Assembly: GCA_964504055.1 (NCBI GenBank)
Contig: CAZDCU010000005.1
Coordinates: forward strand, 1-7,701
Length of the DNA: 7,701 bases
Direction of reading: 5' to 3'
Origin: an uncultured Methanomassiliicoccales archaeon
GTDB lineage: Archaea; Thermoplasmatota; Thermoplasmata; Methanomassiliicoccales; Methanomethylophilaceae
Each line of letters begins with the position of its first letter. Within the stretch, counting starts at the first letter, position 1. Below, in pieces: positions 1 through 4,958 of this stretch. The position numbers and the translations under genes are program-made. The notes below the pieces were generated by a model. The model did no database searches. It had not been told where the DNA came from and was given only the letters and a program-made list of their open reading frames with translations.

Positions 1-2394
1 TGCTGTCGGTACATCAACGAATGTGAGTATGGTGACAGATGATGAGTATTTTTCAGTGTATTTCTCACTGTTCTCTTTGGCGGCAACCTTACCTTCTGCG
101 CCTGATTTCAAAGGTGCAGCATCTGCTGTCGAAGCACGTGTGTCCACGATAGTTCCGGCAGTGTTGTCGATTGCGTATTTTTCACCTGTTGCGGATACGA
201 TCGTCGAAGTTCCTGAAAGCGTTATGCTTCCTTTGTTAGTCAGATCTCCGGCAAGGGTAACACTCGTACCGCCCGTGACCTCCATGGTCACATCTGCGCC
301 GAGTTCTCCCGAAATGCTGATTGCATCACCGGAAACCGTAACGGTAACTCCGGAGTATTCTCCGCTTGCTGTTACAGCTGTACCTGCGATGATAAGCGAA
401 CCGCCTGTGACAGTAAGACCGTCGGTTCCTGCTTTCAGACCGTTGGCGACGAGTTTGTTGTCCGCAGGTCCTTTGACTGTACCCGTGAGTACTGCACCTG
501 CTTCGAGCTTAAGTGAACCTTTGGCGGCAAGTGTAAGCGCTTTATCGTTGCTTACTGTCAAAGTCTTGTCCGCAGAGACTGTGAGAACCATGTTCTTGCT
601 GATGGTTGCATCATCTGCGAATGTGAGGTTGTTTTTCAACAATATTTCCACTTTGCCAGTAGGTGTTTTTCCGTCCAGATCTTTTGTGACAAGAGCGAAG
701 TTGCTCTCAGAGTACCAGTATTTCCAGCTGTTGCTCGATGTCGTGAAGGACATTTCGATTGCAGCGCCGGTGTAATCTACGGTAGCTGAAGCACTGTTCT
801 CGGTGTAAATCATACCGCTGAATGTACCTGTAACTGTCACTTTGTTCTCTGTAGATGCAACGGTTCCGTAGTCGACATTGACTCCTCCCCATCCGCAGTT
901 CTCAGTGGCACAGTTGTTCATAGAAACGGTGGATTTGTTTACAATAACACCGACGGCGTTGACGTTCTTGACCGTTACACCGTCCAATGCGACTTTTGCA
1001 GAGCCGTAAATGTTGATTCCGTGTTTGGCAGCTGATTTTCCGTCGATTGTAAGATTCTTGACTGTGACATTTGAACATGCATTGATTCCGATGACGTTGT
1101 ACCTGGTGCTGTTGTCGTCACCGTAGGTCCAGGAATCGGCGCATGTGATTGTCTTGTTGTTACCGTTGATTACTACACCATGAGTGATGTTCTCGAACAG
1201 CATTGTACCGGTTGTTCCGTCTCCGGCAGGAGTGATTGTAAGATCCTTCAGAATCTCGATTGTTACATCGGATGTTGCTGCGTTGGCTGCTGCAACTGCA
1301 TCTGCAAAGGTGTTGTAGTATTTGTCTCCGATTTTGGCCTCGAAACTGTCTTCGGCAGTCTTGAAAACTCCGTTGTCCAATGTGAAAGTCTTTCCTTTCA
1401 GATTGTATGCATTGATTTCAAGTTCAGTGTTTCCGACAGCGAATTTCAGACCTGTCATTTCAGTGACTTTAGTCAGTCCGTTTCCGAAGGAAATCTTCGT
1501 CAAAGCTTTATTATTTTCACAAATTGCATCGTCATAAATCCTCACTACGGAATCAGGAATCACTAAAGACGTAATCTTTTCGCTGTATGCCAACGAATAA
1601 TCCCACAGTGTGGTCACATTAGAAGGTATTGTATATTCGCCGGTTTTTCCGGGAGGACAAAGAATCAGTACAATGCCGTATGCTTTCCTAAAGGAATTCT
1701 CAGTAGTGATGACAGACCCATCTACTGATGTGTAATCCGCCTGTCCTTCGGTGACTATAATCGTAGTCAAATTAGGACAATGTGCAAAACAATTATTGAT
1801 GTCTATTCCCTTAGCATCATCACTTGCATTAGGCAGAGTAACAGAGACTAAATTATTACAATCATTAAATGCACTGGTGTAAATTTCGATCACATCGGAA
1901 AGAACCGTATATGAGTCCCCCTCCTTTGCAATAGGATACTGTATAAGCGTTTTCTTGTCGTAACTGTAAAGAACATTGTCGACTGAGACCAAACTTGTAT
2001 TGCCTTCATCTACGGTAATTGTCTTCAGAGAAGTACAACCGTCGAACGCGGAGAAACCGACAGTTTTCACAGTTTTGGAAATACTTATTGATTCAAGTTT
2101 GGAAAAATTGTGGAAAGCCCAGTTACCGATGTGGGTAACTTTGTCTCCGAGGACTACCGATGTAGCAGTGTCCTTGTAGCTGTCCCACGGAGTGGTGTCG
2201 GTCTCCAAGTAATTATCCATACAGCCTGTTTCCGACCCGATAATCGTAAGTGTTCCGGTTTTGGAATCGAAAGTAAATTCGTCGTTGGAATCATCGGCCG
2301 ACGAATCACCGACATCTGAAATAATGTACGCACATGCGACTACCGCAAGCGCAGCCACAATAAATGCGAACATAAACCTCATGTTATTTTTCAT
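1..2394 (-). CDS. Adhesin-like secreted or cell-surface protein, N-terminal 798 codons; the 3' end lies beyond the left edge. Lipobox-type signal peptide, BspA-type leucine-rich repeats, then a parallel beta-helix-like region.
   Basis: My manual reverse-strand translation from ATG 2394..2392 gives 798 codons to position 1 with no stop. The ORF is absent from the supplied track, presumably because no stop lies in the window. The N-terminus MKNNMRFMFAFIVAALAVVAC has a basic n-region, a hydrophobic core and a VVAC lipobox-like motif. Residues ~65-330 show the BspA/LRR_5 pattern (TPWDSY..VTHIGNWAFHNFSKLESISISKTVKTVGFSAFDGCTSLKTITV..VLYSYDKKTLIQYP..IYTSAFNDCNNLVSVTLP). Residues ~355-500 look like the start of a beta-helix (KIGDKYYNTFADAVAAAN..VTIEILKDL.., NVTVKNLTIDG, GINIYGSAKVALDGVTVKNVNAVGVIVNKSTVSMNNC). 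The C-terminal part is rich in T/V/G/S beta-strand repeats. GGGGTGA lies 8 nt upstream of the ATG. Confidence 0.85.
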   Translation of the reverse strand, partial: MKNNMRFMFAFIVAALAVVACAYIISDVGDSSADDSNDEFTFDSKTGTLTIIGSETGCMDNYLETDTTPWDSYKDTATSVVLGDKVTHIGNWAFHNFSKLESISISKTVKTVGFSAFDGCTSLKTITVDEGNTSLVSVDNVLYSYDKKTLIQYPIAKEGDSYTVLSDVIEIYTSAFNDCNNLVSVTLPNASDDAKGIDINNCFAHCPNLTTIIVTEGQADYTSVDGSVITTENSFRKAYGIVLILCPPGKTGEYTIPSNVTTLWDYSLAYSEKITSLVIPDSVVRIYDDAICENNKALTKISFGNGLTKVTEMTGLKFAVGNTELEINAYNLKGKTFTLDNGVFKTAEDSFEAKIGDKYYNTFADAVAAANAATSDVTIEILKDLTITPAGDGTTGTMLFENITHGVVINGNNKTITCADSWTYGDDNSTRYNVIGINACSNVTVKNLTIDGKSAAKHGINIYGSAKVALDGVTVKNVNAVGVIVNKSTVSMNNCATENCGWGGVNVDYGTVASTENKVTVTGTFSGMIYTENSASATVDYTGAAIEMSFTTSSNSWKYWYSESNFALVTKDLDGKTPTGKVEILLKNNLTFADDATISKNMVLTVSADKTLTVSNDKALTLAAKGSLKLEAGAVLTGTVKGPADNKLVANGLKAGTDGLTVTGGSLIIAGTAVTASGEYSGVTVTVSGDAISISGELGADVTMEVTGGTSVTLAGDLTNKGSITLSGTSTIVSATGEKYAIDNTAGTIVDTRASTADAAPLKSGAEGKVAAKENSEKYTEKYSSSVTILTFVDVPTA

Positions 2395-2402
2395 TTCTCT
2401 AT

Positions 2403-2409
2403 TCACCCC
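2403..2409 (-). promoter_or_regulatory. Shine-Dalgarno-like ribosome-binding site for the surface-protein gene
   Basis: The minus strand reads GGGGTGA, one mismatch from the GGAGGTGA core, followed by an 8-nt spacer (ATAGAGAA) and ATG at 2394. Confidence 0.55.
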
Positions 2410-2494
2410 TAAATACTAGTCATCATTTCGATGATATCTAGATGAATAACAAACGAACAGCATACCACGTATAATAAGTGTACCCATAAACCGA

Positions 2495-2512
2495 TTTTTT
2501 GCGCGCAAAAAA
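2495..2512. repeat. Perfect 18-bp palindrome TTTTTTGCGCGCAAAAAA in the divergent intergenic region; the A-run continues to 2514
   Basis: Read directly: T6 (2495-2500), GCGCGC (2501-2506), A8 (2507-2514). Both flanking genes point away from it, so it is not an ordinary terminator for either. Confidence 0.8.
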
Positions 2513-2590
2513 AACGCCCGTTCTCAGACAGAGAAATCCGGGTGCGGACACGGTACGACGCCCGCATACAGTTTCAGACACTCAAAGTTA

Positions 2591-2598
2591 TTTAAATA
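2591..2598. promoter_or_regulatory. Archaeal-type TATA box candidate TTTAAATA, itself palindromic so orientation is undetermined
   Basis: It matches the TTTAWATA archaeal TATA consensus and is preceded by the A-rich AAAGTTA (BRE-like). It could serve the minus-strand surface-protein gene through a long leader, or act as a second promoter for the RHH gene. Confidence 0.4.
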
Positions 2599-2614
2599 CA
2601 ATTAACTTAATTGT
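2598..2614. promoter_or_regulatory. Perfect 17-bp palindrome ACAATTAA-C-TTAATTGT; candidate operator between two TATA-like boxes
   Basis: Read directly: arms of 8 nt around a central C. It lies immediately upstream of the TTTATATC box of the RHH gene. RHH regulators typically bind palindromic or repeated operators at their own promoters. Confidence 0.5.
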
Positions 2615-2619
2615 AACGA

Positions 2620-2627
2620 TTTATATC
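2620..2627 (+). promoter_or_regulatory. Archaeal-type TATA box (TTTATATC) for the RHH gene, preceded by BRE-like AACGA
   Basis: The box centre is ~26 nt upstream of ATG 2650, and no Shine-Dalgarno lies in between (TTATAATTGTCTGTCGGGC). This geometry fits a leaderless transcript. Confidence 0.55.
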
Positions 2628-2649
2628 TTATTATAATTGTCTGTCGGGC

Positions 2650-2814
2650 ATGGCGAACAGAGAGAAGAAGGTGTCACTGAGTGTAACATTACCGCGTGAG
2701 ATGATCGAATATCTCGCATCCAAAGTCGACTCCCGTGAATTCGCAAGCTATGCCCACGGCATAGAGCTGTGCATCAGAAGGTACAAAGAAAACGAAGAAA
2801 AGAAAACCAGATGA
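2650..2814 (+). CDS. Small ribbon-helix-helix (CopG/MetJ-type) DNA-binding protein, 54 aa
   Basis: Manual translation gives MANREKKVSLSVTLPREMIEYLASKVDSREFASYAHGIELCIRRYKENEEKKTR*. It is too short to appear in the ORF track. The basic N-terminus, alternating beta-strand (VSLSVTL), P/S helix cap, helix 1 (REMIEYLASKV) and helix 2 (SYAHGIELCIRRY) align position for position with the CopG pattern KKRLTITLSESVLENLEKMA..SKSAMISVALENY. It has its own TATA box at the correct spacing. Confidence 0.7.
   Translation: MANREKKVSLSVTLPREMIEYLASKVDSREFASYAHGIELCIRRYKENEEKKTR
2786..2806 (-). terminator. Candidate archaeal oligo-T termination signal for the minus-strand hydrolase/HdrD-like transcript
   Basis: The minus strand just downstream of the stop at 2816 reads ..GGTTTTCTTTTCTTCGTTTTCTTTG.., with three T4 runs within ~30 nt. 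These are the complement of the Lys/Glu-rich tail codons of the convergent RHH gene. Confidence 0.3.
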
Positions 2815-2815
2815 A

Positions 2816-3778
2816 TCAGCGGATCGGATTCTTATGGAATTCCGATGTTGTCCTGTCTCCCGCGGCAAGACAGACCAATTCCGCTATGTACAGCACAGGT
2901 ACACCGTTTTTGTATCCGTCGTATCTCGCGAAACACGACGGACATCCGACTATCACTGCATCGGCATCTTTCATCGAATCCTGCCTTTCTTTCATCACTT
3001 CTTCGGATATTTTCGGTACCGCTTTTCCGCAGCATCCCTGTTCGGTATCTTCGATGATACATCCGCATGCTTCTACGATTTCGTCGAACATCTTCTTCTG
3101 ATGTCTCAGACCGCATCCGGGCATTGAAGCCACTCTGAGTTTCACTCCCGGCAGTTTCTTAATTTTCTCAATGTTTCTGTGTAACGGCTCGATGATGTGC
3201 TCTGTTTCGCAGACGGATGCCATTTCATCCCTGCATCCGGGGCATATGTTGTACATCCTGCCGGTGAAATCGATTTTGGAATGTTTGATTTCGTTTCTTT
3301 CGGAATCTGTCATAGACCTGAACGGTATCGGATACGTACAGCATCCGCCGTCGAATCTCTTTACGTGAATTCCTGTCAATTCCAATGCTTTCGCTGCGGA
3401 ATATTCCAGAAAAGGTGCGGATGAAACAGTCAGACATCCGGGCATGAGAACATCGTCGGAATCTTCACAGTACGGAGGTACCGGAACAGTACCTCCCTCC
3501 GCAGGAGGGAGATTGTATCCCGTTTTGTAATAAACATCTGGCACTTTCACATTACCTGCAATACATGCGGCGTACATCATGACCTTCTTCGGTACCGTAT
3601 GCTCGCATACATCGTTACATAATCCGCAGGTAAGACATCCTTTCGCTTTGGAAAGGTCGCCCTGCATAACGGCAGTGGGATCGCATCCGCCGTGACGGTG
3701 GGATGTACAGACTTCCCTGCATCTTCCGCATCCGACGCATAACGACATCAGATCGGCGATGTCTTTACGGCAGTCCAT
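2816..3778 (-). CDS. Fe-S oxidoreductase of the HdrD/GlpC/LutA type: N-terminal 2x[4Fe-4S] ferredoxin-like motifs plus two CCG cysteine-rich domains, 320 aa
   Basis: Two CxxCxxCxxxC motifs (CVGCGRCREVC, CLTCGLCNDVC) and an HdrC-like DPTAVMQ segment. Two CCG-type modules of C-x27-30-CC-x30-31-CxxC: PGC..GGCCTYP..CPGC and PGC..QGCCGKA..CPSC. The start lies 2 nt after the upstream gene's stop, with GAGGG ~12 nt upstream. Confidence 0.8.
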   Translation of the reverse strand: MDCRKDIADLMSLCVGCGRCREVCTSHRHGGCDPTAVMQGDLSKAKGCLTCGLCNDVCEHTVPKKVMMYAACIAGNVKVPDVYYKTGYNLPPAEGGTVPVPPYCEDSDDVLMPGCLTVSSAPFLEYSAAKALELTGIHVKRFDGGCCTYPIPFRSMTDSERNEIKHSKIDFTGRMYNICPGCRDEMASVCETEHIIEPLHRNIEKIKKLPGVKLRVASMPGCGLRHQKKMFDEIVEACGCIIEDTEQGCCGKAVPKISEEVMKERQDSMKDADAVIVGCPSCFARYDGYKNGVPVLYIAELVCLAAGDRTTSEFHKNPIR

Positions 3779-3780
3779 GG

Positions 3781-4332
3781 TCAGAATTCCCTCGTTATTG
3801 TATCCACATCGGAAATAACCGCACCGTAGACTTCCTTGAGATACTTCAGACCTGCCTGATAATCTTCTTCCGTAAAAGAATCCACTCCGTCTGTGGGAAC
3901 TATGATATTGTATCCTCTGTAGTAAGCGTCAGCCGCAGTGTGGCGTACGCACATGTGTGCGTGCATTCCCGTAAGAATTACAGTATCCACATTCAATTCT
4001 CTGAGAAGCATTTCCAAATCCGTACCGTAGAATCCGCTGTATCTCCTCTTCGGTACGATATAATCTCCTTCTTCGGGTTCCAATTCGGGAATGACTTTTG
4101 CGCCTTCGGTGCCTGCAATCGCGTGATCTCCCCAGAGCTTCAGCTCGTGGTCTATTCCCTTAATGTGGGCATCGTTGGAGTAAATCACGGGAACGTTGTT
4201 CTTCCTTGCTTCTTTGATTAATTTCATCAGCGGAGGAATAATCCTCTGTGCACGGTCGCATTTCAGCGAACCGGTGACGAAATCGTTCAGCATGTCCACG
4301 ATGATGATTGCCTTCTTACCGCAGTCTCCCAT
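3781..4332 (-). CDS. Isochorismatase-family cysteine hydrolase, nicotinamidase (PncA)-like, 183 aa from the preferred start
   Basis: Catalytic-triad context: IIIVDMLNDF (Asp), PKRRYSGF (Lys), LTGMHAHMCV (Cys). SNDAHIKGIDHE and LWGDHAIAGTEGA resemble the nicotinamidase metal-site and WPxHCxxxxxGA motifs (E. coli PncA: SQDWHPANHGSF, FWPDHCVQNSEGA). The track ORF extends to 4416, but those 28 extra residues overlap the upstream gene and look non-coding. ATG 4332 (MGDCGKKAIIIVD) sits ~26 nt from a TATA-like box. Confidence 0.75.
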   Translation of the reverse strand: MGDCGKKAIIIVDMLNDFVTGSLKCDRAQRIIPPLMKLIKEARKNNVPVIYSNDAHIKGIDHELKLWGDHAIAGTEGAKVIPELEPEEGDYIVPKRRYSGFYGTDLEMLLRELNVDTVILTGMHAHMCVRHTAADAYYRGYNIIVPTDGVDSFTEEDYQAGLKYLKEVYGAVISDVDTITREF

Positions 4333-4354
4333 AAACGGTGCTAAGGGCGTTGCG

Positions 4355-4362
4355 TTATTATA
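4355..4362 (-). promoter_or_regulatory. TATA-like box (minus strand TATAATAA) for the hydrolase/HdrD-like pair
   Basis: The box centre is ~26 nt upstream of ATG 4332, with no Shine-Dalgarno in the intervening ACGCAACGCCCTTAGCACCGTTT. Confidence 0.45.
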
Positions 4363-4376
4363 GGTTAACGGGGGCG

Positions 4377-4397
4377 GTGATGTCCGCAGGACATCAC
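4377..4397. repeat. Perfect inverted repeat GTGATGTCC-GCA-GGACATCAC (9-bp arms)
   Basis: Read directly. It overlaps the TGA stop (4394..4396) of the flavodoxin-like gene and lies ~14 nt upstream of the TATA-like box of the next gene. Confidence 0.8.
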
Positions 4398-4897
4398 TGT
4401 CCCGAATACCATTCAATCAACTGTTTCAGATTCTTTTCGTCAACAAGATTCTTCCCGACGGTAACCATCTCAAGTGCCAGTTCTTCTTCCGGTGTTTTAT
4501 TCTCAATGGATTCCAACTGCAGAACCATCTTCTTCAGAACGGGTTTCATGACAAATTTGTAGTAACCGTGAAGTTTCGAAGGATCGAATCCGCCCTGTAC
4601 GGTGAATACGGGAATATCTTCGGGAATCTTATCTTTCCTTCTGATATCTTCAGTCTGAGAACCCGTAAATCCCATGCACACACCGCAGACCGCTTTCACT
4701 GTGTACTTGGAATAAGCTTTGTCATATCCTTTCACGGAACCCGCTGCGACCCATCCGAGATAGATAATTTCACTCTTTTTGGAAATCTTCTCTTTTCCGA
4801 GAGGGTACACAGGAAGAGAAATCTTCTCACCGAGTATTTCCGCATACTCTTTCGTGAATCCCGTGTTTGAAGTGTAAAGAACCGCGGATACTGCCAT
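4394..4897 (-). CDS. Flavodoxin-like domain protein, 167 aa
   Basis: The N-terminal strand and phosphate-binding loop pattern AVLYTSNTGFTKEYAEIL matches the flavodoxin [ST]xTGxT motif. This is followed by IIYLGWVAAGSV and VFTVQGGFD strands, typical of short Flavodoxin_4/5-type proteins. There is no Shine-Dalgarno, and a TATA-like box lies ~23-25 nt upstream. Confidence 0.65.
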   Translation of the reverse strand: MAVSAVLYTSNTGFTKEYAEILGEKISLPVYPLGKEKISKKSEIIYLGWVAAGSVKGYDKAYSKYTVKAVCGVCMGFTGSQTEDIRRKDKIPEDIPVFTVQGGFDPSKLHGYYKFVMKPVLKKMVLQLESIENKTPEEELALEMVTVGKNLVDEKNLKQLIEWYSGQ

Positions 4898-4916
4898 AAT
4901 GTGTCATTGATAACTG

Positions 4917-4923
4917 ATTATAT
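4917..4923 (-). promoter_or_regulatory. TATA-like box (minus strand GGATATAATC context) for the flavodoxin-like gene
   Basis: It is centred ~23-25 nt upstream of ATG 4897. The intervening CAGTTATCAATGACACATT lacks a Shine-Dalgarno. Confidence 0.4.
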
Positions 4924-4930
4924 CCGCATA

Positions 4931-4955
4931 TCGGAGCGGGCGGAGCCCGCTCCGA
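4931..4955. repeat. Perfect GC-rich 25-nt palindrome or hairpin TCGGAGCGGGC-GGA-GCCCGCTCCGA
   Basis: Read directly: 11-bp arms with a 3-nt centre. It starts 4 nt downstream of the ATPase stop (4959..4961) and ends ~7 nt upstream of the TATA-like box of the flavodoxin-like gene. No U-run follows it on the transcript. Confidence 0.8.
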
Positions 4956-4958
4956 ATA

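Noticed and set aside
23-775. 250-aa plus-strand ORF, the largest plus-strand ORF in the track
   Set aside because: It lies antisense to the 798-codon surface-protein ORF. Its translation is low-complexity and S/P/V/T/A-rich with no recognisable motifs, as expected from reading a T/V/G/A-rich beta-strand gene on the opposite strand. No promoter or ribosome-binding site is evident.
707-2319. Short ORFs inside the surface-protein gene (707..892 minus; 1180..1566, 1322..1537, 1976..2179 and 2110..2319 plus)
   Set aside because: All are off-frame or antisense within a long ORF that has coherent domain content. Their translations are Cys/Ser-rich or otherwise featureless.
2420-2435. Possible C/D-box sRNA: AUGAUGA on the minus strand at 2420..2426, next to an ATCAT-TTCG-ATGAT mini-hairpin
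   Set aside because: No CUGA D box or C'/D' pair lies at the expected 12-nt guide spacing downstream, and the sequence runs straight into the Shine-Dalgarno and start of the surface-protein gene. It is more likely part of that gene's leader.
2769-3437. Cluster of overlapping short ORFs on both strands (2769..3101, 2834..3127, 2845..3057, 3171..3368 and 3197..3424 plus; 2832..3116 and 3225..3437 minus)
   Set aside because: They overlap the HdrD-like coding sequence, whose frame carries the complete ferredoxin and CCG cysteine motifs. The alternative frames give Arg/Ser-rich nonsense.
3703-4221. 172-aa plus-strand ORF
   Set aside because: It is antisense to the isochorismatase-like gene, which has the full catalytic D/K/C motif set. 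It has no motif or translation signal of its own.
3778-4396. TGA read-through or selenocysteine recoding that would fuse adjacent genes, considered because every stop is TGA
   Set aside because: The hydrolase and HdrD-like frames are offset, so read-through would not fuse them. The frame after the flavodoxin-like TGA closes after 15 codons at a TAA. I recognised no SECIS-like element, and all proteins are full length for their families.
4333-4416. N-terminal 28-residue extension of the hydrolase ORF (start at 4416)
   Set aside because: It would overlap the 3' end of the flavodoxin-like gene by 23 nt and run through a perfect inverted repeat and a TATA-like box. The residues (MNGIRDSDVLRTSPPPLTYNNATPLAPF) precede the conserved first beta-strand by far more than is usual in family members. 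The internal ATG at 4332 fits the family N-terminus.
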